Assembly (NCBI GenBank): GCA_964016885.1
Contig: OZ024741.1
Location: forward strand, 120,962,001-121,026,000
Source: Eledone cirrhosa
Taxonomy: Eukaryota
Direction of reading: 5' to 3'
DNA length: 64,000 nt
Every line of letters starts with the position of its first letter. Position 1 is the first letter of the stretch. Of the stretch, positions 25,907 to 37,900 are shown piece by piece. A program made the position numbers and the translations under genes. The notes beneath the pieces were generated by a model. It was not told where the DNA came from, made no database searches, and worked only from the letters and a program-made list of their open reading frames with translations.

Positions 25907-26500
25907 TTGGTGCTACTGGTAACATGTACCCCAGTACAACCTGTCCCATGGTCGGGCCGTTGGCGACTAAACTGGCAACCCCACCAAGGTTTCTTGGTGA
26001 GGAGGGTGACTTTGGACATCCTGCAGGACTAAAAACAAAACCTGTCAAAGGGCAAAGGAGCTCTTAAGAGTCAATGGCCATCCAAAATCACTGGGAGAGA
26101 TGACCCCTTAGCCTTTGTCAAGGCAGAATTCTAGGAGAAGGAAAACTCTGATATAACACCTGCAACCCTGATGGTATCCAATGATGTTGACTTGTTCTTC
26201 TTTTTGGTAAATATCATCTTGGTTAAGAGAGTGGGACTGGCTTTGTGCAGTGCCTTTGCTCACTATAAAAGCTTCACGGCACAGGCATTGCTTTATATCT
26301 GGAGATCTCTCTGCACTTGTCGTCACATGGTACCATGGGCCCAGCACTATGTGTCAATAATTGTCACAAGTGTAGTGTTTGTACCAGAGTTTTCAAGTTG
26401 CTGGCTGGACTAAAATGTCACTCGTTCAGCGCATTGGTAGGAGTTCTCCTACATGGATATAAAGTAGTGGCCGTACTCGAAAACGAGTTGGCAGCCACCA
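25907..26500 (+). mobile_element. Non-autonomous bipartite RTE-derived element, copy 1
   Basis: RTE 5'UTR-like motif tctaggagaaggaaaactctg; zinc-finger remnant [17 protein letters not shown]; RTE-like end gtggccgtactcgaaaacgagttggcagcc. Confidence 0.65.
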
Positions 26501-26594
26501 TATATGTATATATATGTATATATATATGTATATATATGTATATATATATGTATATATATGTATAAATATATATATGTATATATATATATGTATA

Positions 26595-26679
<85 letters not shown>

Positions 26680-27236
26680 TCCCATGGTCGGGTCGTTGGC
26701 GACTAAACTGGCAACCCCACCAAGGTTTCTTGGTGAGGAGGGTGACTTTGGACATCCTGCAGGACTAAAAACAAAACCTGTCAAAGGGCAAAGGAACTCT
26801 TAAGAGTCAATGGCCATCCAAAATCATCGGGAGAGATGACCCCTTAGCCTTTGTCAAGGCAGAATTCTAGGAGAAGGAAAACTCTGATATAACACCTGCA
26901 ACCCTGATGGTATCCAATGATGTTGACTTGTTCTTCTTTTTGGTAAATATCATCTTGGTTAAGAGAGTGGGACTGGTTTTGTGCAGTGCCTTCGCTCACT
27001 ATAAAAGCTTCACAGCACAGGCATTGCTTTATATCTGGAGACTCTCTGTACTTGTCATCACATGGTACCATGGGCCCAGCACTATGTATCAATAATTGTC
27101 ACAAGTGTAGTGTTTGTACCAGAATTTTCAAGTCGCTAGCTGGACTAAAAAGTCACACTTGTTCAGTGCATCAGTAGGGGTTCTCCTACATGGATATAAA
27201 GTAGTGGCCGTACTCGAAAACGAGTTGGCAGCCATC
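26680..27236 (+). mobile_element. Non-autonomous bipartite RTE-derived element, copy 2 (tandem, 5'-shorter)
   Basis: Near-identical to 25944-26500; retains [17 protein letters not shown]. Confidence 0.65.
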
Positions 27237-27306
27237 ATATATATATATGTGTATATATACATATATGTATATGTATATATATGTATATATATGTATATAT
27301 ATATCG

Positions 27307-27358
<52 letters not shown>

Positions 27359-28243
27359 TCATCATCATCATTTTACGTCCGCTTTTCCCTGCTTGCAAGG
27401 GTTGGAGGGTCCTATTCAGCTCACCATCTCTCCACTTGTCACGGTCCTTCGTCATCTCCTCGGTGAGTTTGAACAATCTGAGGCCTGCTCTCCCAACCTC
27501 CACCCACTTTTTACGTGGTCTACCTCTACTGCGTCTTCCTTCAACTGGGATTTCTTGGCACTTCTTTACCCAGCGGTCATCCTCCAAGCGCATCACATGT
27601 CCATTCCATCTCAGCCTTCTCTGCTGCACACCATAACTTATCCCCCTTATATCCAGTTTCTTTCTCAACTCGTCCATGCTTGGTCGTTCACACACATTGA
27701 CATTGCACATCCAATGGAGCATACTTGCTTCATTTCTCTCCAGCCGTCGCATATCCTCTGCAGTTTCCGCCCATGTCTCACTACCATGCAGCATCGCGCA
27801 TCTCACACAGGCATCATATAACCGTCCTTTTGTATGCAGGGAGAAACCCTTCTTTGTCAACAAAGGAAGCAGCTCCTTAAACTTCTTCTAACTCGTCCTT
27901 ATTCTAGATACTATGGCCTCGGAACACCCCCCCTCCCATGCTAATCTGATCACCTAGGTACCGGAAACTGTCAACCACTTCTATAGAACCCACCTGCATT
28001 GGAGAAATGTGTCTATCACTGCGATTAATACTGCCAACTTTCCCTGTACATCTACTGCATACGTAGTTTTCCCTACCTGTTAGTTTGCCTGCTATCCCAC
28101 TACATCTCTTGTGTACCCAAGACTTGCATTGCGTACATTTTATGGAATTTATGCCAGTTCCTTTCCTACATATCGAACATGTCCATTTCCTTGACGGAAT
28201 CAAAGTCTTGTCCTTTTTTCTACTCATCAACACTTTTGTCTTA
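27359..28243 (-). mobile_element. RTE family C 3' fragment
   Basis: ORFs 27904..28323 and 27186..27863 (PHD, LHGSETW, RRLRW.GH); ORF runs into the (TGA)n tail. Confidence 0.93.
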
Positions 28244-28254
28244 ATGTATATATG

Positions 28255-28740
28255 TATATCTAACCTCTCTTTTTTTTTTCTCTCTCGGATTTTCAATTGA
28301 TATTTCACAATAATATGCCCCATTCTGTTCTACCCTTTCTAAAAATTAATCTTCTCCTAAAGTTACCCCATTGTTATTATATTCTAGAATCTTCCTCTCC
28401 TCGCTCCTTCTCATTGTTTATACGCTTTCAACCCCCCCCCCCCTCTCTCCGCAAGTATAAAATAAACCCTGTAGGGTTCTAAGGCCAGAATTTATCTATC
28501 TAATCTCTCTTTACGGCCGATTTGTCGATTTGAGAAATGTAAGCAAAAACACTTTGTCTTTCCATTTTTCATAGTCCATTTGACCTGGGTCATTTAAACT
28601 ATTTATTTATGTTCGTTTAAAATCTAATCTCTCTTTTTTTCTTTCTCTCGGATTTTCAATTAATATTTCACATATTTTTAATAATATGCCTCATTCTGTT
28701 CGACTCTTTCTAAAAACTAATCTTCTAATGTTACCCATTT
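28255..28740. repeat. Unclassified element with ~120-bp diverged direct repeat
   Basis: tctaa.ctctct..tctctcggattttcaatt..aataatatgcc.cattctgttc..ttaccc at ~28258 and ~28623. Confidence 0.6.
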
Positions 28741-28926
28741 CCCGCCCTCCTACCCCCACACACCACCATTGCTATTTGGTCCAATCATAACTCAGTGGTT
28801 TATAGTAAGTTCTCTTACAAATCTGTATAGCAAAGCTACCACTTTGGTTATTACTCCTTAAGTTTAGACCTGGTTGTTTTTCGGTTTGCTAGGTGGACTG
28901 CGGAATTTGGAAAGTCTGAACACTCA

Positions 28927-31496
28927 ATGATAATGTCACAGATAAAGATAAATTCACCTCCCGCTGCAGGACGAGAATGCAAGGAACCCTCTTTATTTCA
29001 GACATGGATTACCAACATAATTCCGTCTCCCACACCCCTCCCTGCCCCTCCAACCCATCCATTCCACCCACCCAACTTCAGAGTTGGTACCATGAACGTA
29101 GGCACATTGAAAGGTTGCTCAAATGAGGTTGTAGAGATGCTTGAACGTAAGGAAGTTGATTGATTGTGGGTAAAAAACGATGCTATAAACTTTTCTGGGT
29201 GGGAAATGACAACGGACTGGGTGGAGTAGGAATTATGTTAGCTGAAAAATGGGTAGATAAGGTAATTGACGTAAATAGAGTGAATGACAGAATAATTAAA
29301 ATAAGACTAGTTCTAAATAGAACTACTGTGACAATAATATCTGCTTATGCACCCCAATCTGGTCTACCTGACGTTATAAAGGACAGGTTCTATGAGTTGC
29401 TAATGCACACTACCTCCCAAATAACCAACAGTGACTACTTAATTATTTCTGGCGACCTAAATGGTCACGTTGGACAACATAGTGATGGTTATGATGGAAT
29501 ACATGGAGGCTATGGGTTTGATAATAGAAATGGGGAAGGCTTCAGAATCCTGGAATTCTGTGATGCTAATAACCTAACTATCTGTAACACAAACTTAAAA
29601 AATAACGAGACAATCACTTGATCACCTATAGATCAGGGGAACACGCCAGCCAGATAGATTACATCCTTACTAGAAGACGTGACAAAGTGTCTGTTGTAAA
29701 CACTAAATCCCTCCCCCGTGAAGAATGCACCTCCCAACATAGCCTAATAACTAGTGACCTCATAGTCAGGAATAGACAGAGGAGGACTACCTTGAGGAGA
29801 AGAATATGGAAATTGAAGGACCCCACAGCCAGTGACAAATTTAAAAGCTTATTACTTGATGCTTTTGACAGTAAGGAAGAGCAATTAGAGACGTACAATA
29901 TAGAGGAACAGTGGGAATTCTTGAAAGTTAACCTGCTGAAAGCGACAGATGAAATCTGTGGCTGGAGCAGACCTATTGGCAGGAGGAGAGTAACTTGGTG
30001 GTGGAACAGTAAGATGGAAGAGACAATCAAGGCCAAAAAGCAGGCTTGGAAATTATGGCAGGATGGGGGAAGTAGAGAACATTATCAAGTGGCCAGGAGA
30101 GAATCTAGGAGACAAGTGTACTTTGCAAAAAGGGAAGCAGAGGATAGAAAGTTCAAGCATGTTCTACGTGAGGACCAAAAGCGTGAGGTGTTCAGGATTG
30201 CTAGACAATGTGTCAAGGAAAACCGTGATATTGTCGGGGAGAAGTGTGTCCGTAATGATAATGGTCTACTTGCCCTCACTGATACTGATAAGAAGGTAGC
30301 TTGGAAGTGTCACTATGAGAGACTACTAAATCAGGAGAATAAATGTGAAAAAGATAGTCTGCCCCAAATTGATCCAATAGAAGAACCAGCGGTGTAAGTT
30401 AAAGGTAGTATAATAAGTAAGGCAATCAAAGATATGAAGACAGGCAAGGCAGCTGGGCCTTCTGAGATAGTTGCTGAGATGTTGAAAGCATCTGGAATGG
30501 TGGGACATACTATGGTCACCCGGATAGTAAACCAAGTAATACAGAATGTGGTCATACCAAAAGACTGGCATAGCAGCATCATCATTAACTGCTACACGGG
30601 TAAAGGGGATGCTATAGATAGGGGAAACTATAGAGGCATTAAGTTAGTTGACCAGGTCATGAAGGTCACAGAAAGAATTATAGCGCAACTAATCAGAGAG
30701 CGAATTGATCTAGATGAAATGCAGTTTGGGTTTGTGTCAGGTAAAAGTACCACAGACGCTCTTTTCCTTGTGCAACAACTACAGGAGAAGTACCTAGCTA
30801 ATAGTAAACCCCCCTACTTAGCTTTTGTTGACTTGGAGAAAGCCTTTGACTGAGTCTCCCGCTCCATTATCTGGTAGACTCTTAGAAAACTAGGTGTAGA
30901 TGAATGGCTTGTGAGAGCTATACAAGCCATGTATAAAGAAACAGTCAGTAAGGTTAGAATTAACAATGAATATAGTGAAGAATTTAGTGTAAAAGTTGGT
31001 GTTCATCAAGACTCTGTCCTTAGCCCCCTCCTATTTATTATTGCTCTTCAGGCTATAGCAGAGGAGTTCAAGACCGGCTGCCCATGGGAACTTCTATACA
31101 CACATGATCTAACTCTCATAGCTGAATCTATGGCTGAACTAGAGAAGAAATTCCAAACATGGAAGCATGGCTTAGAATCAAAAGACCTTAAAGTTAACTT
31201 GTCTAAGACTAAAGTTCTAGTATGTAGAAAGGAAAATAGGGCACAGGTACCCTCTGGGAAATGGCCATGCTCAGTGTGTAGGAAAGGAGTAGGCAGAAAT
31301 TCCATTTTATGTCCCAAATGCAAATTATGGGTACATAAAAGATGTAGTGGGATCACAGGTAAGCTATCTAAAAACGTAGATTTTATATGTGGCCGATGCT
31401 CAGGTGCAATAAGTAGCAAGTGCCCACAGGATACTAGCTCTTTCTATTGCCCAGATGGTTCTATAGAAATATTGGACACTTTCCGTTACCTGGGAG
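28927..31496 (+). mobile_element. RTE family A/B-related LINE with ORF start, degenerate, 3' part replaced
   Basis: FRVGTMNVGTLKG APE start, SAYAPQ, RT and PHD across ORFs 28927..31528; breaks at FRYLG. Confidence 0.93.
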
Positions 31497-34378
31497 AGAT
31501 GAAGGGATTAGAAGAGAGGCTGGAGTAGCATTTGCTGGTAAGACTGCTCTTGTAGATAAGTTGGAAGAATTCTCAGTGAACGTCTTATGTCCAAGAGAAT
31601 TCTGCTGGACAAAGGAAGGCATACGACCCTGGTGAATGTGTATGCTCCAACTATGAATTCTGTTGATGAAGAAAAGGTATCTTTCTATCATACTTTGAGA
31701 GGTGTTATAAGAAATATCCCTCAGGCAGACAAGGTGTTCGTGCTAGGTGACTTTAATGCTAGAGTGGGTAGGGATTTTAACATGGACTGTAATCGGAAGT
31801 TCTTGGGTGTGAAAGTGTAGCAGCAATGGTATACTTCTGCTGCAGATGTGTGAGGAGCTGGAGCTGTGTTTTACCAACACCATGTTTCAGCAAAAAAAAA
31901 GTATAAAACCACATAGATGCACCCTGCTTCTAAAGAATGGCATCTTCTGGACGACATCCTTGTCAGGGTGCATGACAGAGGGGTTGTGCAGTGTGTTCGT
32001 GTTGTTTGTTGGGGCTGAGTGTTAGACGGACCACTGCCTGGTACGTGCAAAAGTGAAATTCATTACAAAATCCAGGCTGCCCAAAAGACTGAATGCTGCT
32101 CGTCTTAGGGATAATAGTGTGAAGAGGACATTGCGAGAAGAAATGAATGTTGCAGATATTGGTGAGGATTGACTGACCCTTAAAAAGTCGGTTTATGATG
32201 TAGGCAGGCATGTTCTGGGATTAGTTCAAAGAAAGCATCAAGACTGGTGTAAAGAAAATGATGAACATATAGATGAATTGTTGGCAGCAAAGTCACAGGA
32301 GAAGAATATGTTGCATAAGGAACTCAAGGATGTAAAATCATGTGTGAGTCGGAGGCTCTCTTAGATAAAGGATAAGTGGTGGAGTGTGAAGGCTGATGAG
32401 ATACAAGCTGCATCAAATTCCAAATATACAAAGCTGTTGTAGAATCTTTTGCGTGAAGTTTATGGATCATCATCTTCTCTGGTGACCTGCTTCGCAGCAG
32501 GGATATCGTGACTCACAGGGAATTCTGCGAAGGTGGCGAGAGCACTTTGATGAACTTTTGAATCAGCTGTCTGTCGTCAATGAAGATTTCCTCAATCTAA
32601 TCCCTGAAAAACCTGTGAAAGTAGCTCTCGCAGAACCACTGACGTTAGAGGAAGTTGCAGTAGCTGTTTCGAAGCTGAACAGTGGAAGGTCTCCAGGTAT
32701 GGATGACATACATGCAGAGCTCTTAAAATATGGTGGTGAAAAATTTCTGCTCGACATCTTCACTCTTTGTTTGGCAGGGTATGGGCTAGGGAATCCATAC
32801 CTGAGGACTGAAGAGATGCAGTAATGGTAGTCTTGTACAAGGGAAAGGGTAACAAGAATGATTGTGGAAACTATAGAGGTAGATCATTGCTTTCTGTCGT
32901 AGGAAAATTTTTATTTAGGGTGCTTCTGGACCGTCTGCTGACAGACATTGCAGATTGTGTTCTTTCTGAAAGTCAATCTAGTTTTCGTGCTGGATGTGGC
33001 ACTACTGATAATGATCTTCTCAGCTAGACAGCTTCAGAAGAAGTGCGTGGAACAAGGCTTGGATCTGTATCAGGTTTTTGTTGATCTGACAAAAGCTTTC
33101 GATACTGTTAACAGAAATGCATTGTTGAAGGTTCTCCAAAAACTTGGTTGCCCTGATAAGTTCCTTGCTTTGGTTAGGTCTTTCTATGACGACATGAAGG
33201 CTTGGGTTAATGTTAGAGGTAACATGTCAGAGCCTATCTCAGTGAAAAATGGAGTGAAACAGGGGGATATACCAGCACCGACCCTATTTGCCATATACTT
33301 TGTGATGGTTTTCTATATTGCATTCAGGAATTGCAAGCATGGTGTTTACATCTATTATCGAACCTCTGGCGCTTTGTTGCAAAAACAAAAGTATTTACCT
33401 CAATCATAAGAGACTTCTTGTATGCAGATGATTGTGATCTAGTAGCGCACACAGAGATTGATATGCAACACCTTTTGAATACATTTTATGATGCTTGCAC
33501 TGCCCTAGGATTGACTGTCAGTCTAAAAAAAAAAAAAAAACGTTGTCATGTATCAACCTGCCCCTGGTAAGCAGTACAATGAACCAAACATCTATGTGTA
33601 TGGTAAAAAACTTGGAGGGGTTGATCAGTTTGTCTACCTGGGAAGCACTGTCAATCGATACAGCAATCTTAATAATGAAATTCCACTTAGGATTAGGAAA
33701 GCAAGTGATGCTTTCAGAAAGCTAGAAAGTCGCCTCTGGGGTTAGCGAGACATATGCAAGCAGACAGAGGTAAAGGTGTACAAGGCATGTGTGTTCTCTT
33801 CTCTTCTTTATGCCTGCGAGACATGGGTCACATATCGACACCACCTTAAACAGTTGGATGTGTCTCCGACAGATCCATGTTGAGATTTTGGAAAGCTCTC
33901 TGTATGAAAGCATAAAAGCTTTTGTGCTTAAGCAAAGACTCCGATGGAGTGGTCACCTTGCCAGGATGGAGGATTTTAGGATGCCAAAAACAACTCTTTT
34001 ATGGAGAGTTAGTTAAAGGAAAGCGACCTCCACATAAACCAAAAAAGAAGAATAAGGATTCGTTGAAAGACGCTAACATCTCTGGTGATACATTGGAAAG
34101 CGTAGCTACTGATCGTTGTAAATGGAGAAAGATTGTACATGAGTAAAAAGGGATGTCAGGAAAGGCATTGGTGTTACATTTCCAGACAGCAAAGGTCCTC
34201 CTATGGCACTGATATGCAGCGTCTGTGCAAGACTGCCTCAGCAACGTTGGACTCAAAAGTCATCTTCGCAGTCATAAAGTGAGACTAGTGGTTGACTACC
34301 TGGCTGCTGTCGGAGATATTACTCATCATAGTTGTCAAGCATGTGGAAAAGAGTGTAGATCAGCAGGAGGGCTCAACA
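31497..34378 (+). mobile_element. BovB-like RTE LINE, degenerate
   Basis: GVAFA, NVYAPT, LGDFNARVG, YKGKGNKNDCGNYRG, FVDLTKAFD, GVKQG, LYADDC, RLRWSGH, and C-terminal C2H2-like remnants (GLKSHLRSH; CQACGKECRSAGGL); no PHD. Confidence 0.9.
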
Positions 34379-34415
34379 CACACACATACACATGTGTTTG
34401 TGTATGCTTGTGTGT

Positions 34416-34486
<71 letters not shown>

Positions 34487-34620
34487 GAAAAAATGGGGAG
34501 AAGACTACTGCAGGTTGCACATGGATAACATGTAATAAAATAAGTCCCTCATCAGTGATTTGCCGACGATCATAGATATTTCATTGCATTAAAAATCATA
34601 TACCTCACGTCGGTGCAATA

Positions 34621-34661
<41 letters not shown>

Positions 34662-34878
34662 GACATGGGTGTGTGGTTAAGGAGTTTGCTTTGCAATCAC
34701 ATGGTTTCAGGTTCAACCCTAATACATATCACCCTGAACAAATGACTTCTATAGCCTCCGGTTGACCTATGGGTGGAATTTGGTAGATGCTGAAATAGAG
34801 TAATTGTTATAGCAAACTGCTTCAGTTTTAAAGCTTACATTCTTTCATTTACATACATTTTCTTTGTTTCTTTTACAG

Positions 34879-34972
34879 TCCATTCTATGGTGAAGAATTC
34901 CATGCTGAAATACCAAAGCGTTTTCGGTATTTATCATGCTATATTGTCGATACAGGCTATAAGGCTGAAAAG
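34879..34972 (+). CDS. RASA3: GAP1/RASA3-like exon (C2A): [31 protein letters not shown]
   Basis: Acceptor ttttacag ends 34878, donor gtaggc at 34973; 94 nt; resembles RASA3 [21 protein letters not shown]. Confidence 0.92.
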
Positions 34973-37900
34973 GTAGGCTCCTTTTTTTTTCCTTTTTGTA
35001 TTTTATTGGTCTGTATTACCCTCTCATTTTTAGAATAGGTACACAGTATCCTTGCATTTCATAAGAGGTGACTAAAAAGCTTGGTGTCATGAAGGGCATC
35101 TAACTGTAAAACATTAAAAACAAATAAAAAAAATAATGAAATTTACAGCTTATATTTATGCAAGTTTTACTGGACTCCTACAAGAAATATGGTAATGTAA
35201 AGATTAATATTCACATAGTTATTTTGCGAAATCCATCCAAATTTTTGATTACTTTGTAAATTAATACAACTAGATAATCAGTGTATATAATTATAAATGT
35301 ATTAACAAAAGGATTAAACTGTTTTGTTATGTTCATTTCAGGTGATAGGAAAAGTTTCCCTACGGAGAGAAGAACTTCACAAGTATCATGGCAAGGATCA
35401 CTGGTTTCCCCTTTCACACGTTGGCTCAAGTACAGAAGTACAGGTAATTGTGTATGTATGGTCCTGTAACTCCTGATGGAGTCATAGGAGTGCTGTATTG
35501 ATATATGGTGTTTCTAGGGCATTTTTAAGCCTCATCAGGTCTGAACACAGCAGATTTCTTCCAGAGAAAGATAGTAAATGAGAGAGAAGTGAGAAAGAGA
35601 GATAGAGGAAGAATTGAACCCAGTACTAGACTGGTACTTTTTTTTTTATTGACCTCAAAAGGACGAAAGGCAAAGTTGACCTCAGCAGAATTTGAACAAA
35701 TATCGCAAAGCATTCTGTCCAGCATTCTAACAGCTCTTGGGTAATTATGTACCTTTCTTTATAAAAACCATGGCTGTGTGGTTAAGAAGTTTGCTTCAGA
35801 ATCACATGATTTTTGGTTTTTGGTTGAGACTCACTATATGGCACCTTGAGCAAGTGTTTTCTCCTATAGCCCTGGGATGACTAATGTTTATGAGTGAACA
35901 AAGCTCACAGGAGACCCATTGCTCCTATCAACTCAGCTGAAAATGCATACCATTAGCAGCTGGGAGTTAACCATGGTGGACTGGTGTCCTGTCCAGGGAG
36001 AAGTCTTGTACTCCCAGTCACTTATTACTAATGAAAGTAGTGGTTTTACAGGGATAAGGCTTCTGTTAACAAATATGAATCCAAACAGAATAGTAAGAGC
36101 AAGATTAAAAGCAGCTCATTCCTAATGGAGTCTTGAGGGTGGGGATGTCCTGACATGGAGTGAATGCCTTCACTTAAAACAAACTTCCTTTTATCTAATA
36201 ACTATGGCCATGAATCTTGGGTAATGACCAACAGAATCTGATCGCGAATACAAATGGCTGGAATGGAGTTCTTCCGAAGGGTCTTTGGAGTAACATTACT
36301 CAATAGATTGCATAGCTCAGAGATCAGCGAGTCACTCCAGTTAGAGCTGCTATGTCTCTGAATTGAGAGATCATAGCTTTGATACTACGGATATATGGTC
36401 AGAATGTCCTAGGAAAGAATTGTAGGACAGATGTTACAAGCAAAACCAACTGACAGGAGACCCAGAAGTAGACCCCGAGCAAAATGGTTGGATAACATCC
36501 TTGAACTTGGCTGGTCTTGCTTGTGGATCTAGCAAAATTAATTGGAGACAAATGCTTCTGACAAGACTCGCTAGAAGGTGTGCTTGAGGACCCTTCCCCC
36601 ATGATCCTCCCAGGAATGTAGGCAAAGAAGAAGAAGAAGAAGAAGAAGAAGAAGAAGAAGAAGAACTGAGTAAAATTCCATTTTTCTTTCTTCTAGGGGA
36701 AAGTTCACGTGGAGATCCGGTTTGATGAATACCTCAACACTGAACCAGAATCTTTCTCCTCTCACCGCATGGTTGTCAGGTAAACCAAACCACTTTTCTT
36801 TTAAGGTACCACTCACCTATGAAAATTCTGTTTTTGTTTACTTTGTCGCATTTATCATCAGTATTTTTTTTCTATATTTTTAATTTTTCATGTTTTTTAC
36901 CTGTTTAGTGTGTGTATATGGTTTAGAATACGTACACCTTATCCTTGCATGGTTTAGTAGGCAACTAAAAAGAGTGTTTATGTCAAGAAAGGAATACAAT
37001 CATAAAACAGTGCCTCAAAATGAACCCCATCATAAATATAGAGTCTGCAAGGCTAATTCCTGTTTTAGAAGGGAAAAATGATCTTCAAAACATTTCTTGT
37101 AGTCAGCAAAGCAAAGAGTTGTGCTCATGACCCTTTTTTTCAGAACCTCTGAGACTAGCATGAGAATAAGAGAGGACGGTCTCCTCAAACTGGAGACCTG
37201 GCCTAAATGTTTGCAACAGAGCTGACTCTACTAAAGGCATCCAAGGGCAATAGATGAGTTTTACCATAATCCAGGAAACCTCACTAGTAATGATATCGTG
37301 ATAAACATGTCTTAGTTCTCCCCATTAAAAAATGTGGCTAGAAATATCCCAAAGTAACTTATAAAACAGGGTGAAGACCCTTAATGATGGAAAAAGGAGT
37401 TGCCATTGGCATGGCTTATGGCAACTTCCTTTTTTTTGTCTTTAAAGGTCTTCACCCTATTTATAAGTTACTTTGAATCAATAGATGAAATATGAATCTG
37501 CGAGCTACCAAGCACCCATGTGAAGCGCCAATCCAGAGACCCTTCCCTACGAGTGTTGACAAATGCCCAAAACTCAGAGTTGGTACCATCAATGTAGGCT
37601 CAATGAAAGGAAGAGCAGGAGAAATCGTAGAAATGCTAGAGCGAAAGGAAATTGATGTATGCTGTGTGCAAGAGACTAGATGGAGAGGAGAGTCTGCCAG
37701 AGTCCTTGTAGGAAAAAGTCGGTGCTACAAATTTTTCTGGGTGGGAAATGATGATGGGATGGGTGGTGTATGTATACTACTAGCTGACAAGTGGGTAGAT
37801 AAAGTAATCTCAATGTACAGGGTAAATGCAAGAATCATTAAACTCAGACTAGTCCTGAATAAAACAATTACCACAATAATATCAGCTTACGCACCCCAAT

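Noticed and set aside
25907-26030. HDV-like or twister ribozyme at the 5' end of the bipartite element
   Set aside because: P2/P4/CUAA-like pieces exist but there is too little sequence for P3/L3/P1; for twister, the P2 partner strand does not pair. Not supportable by eye.
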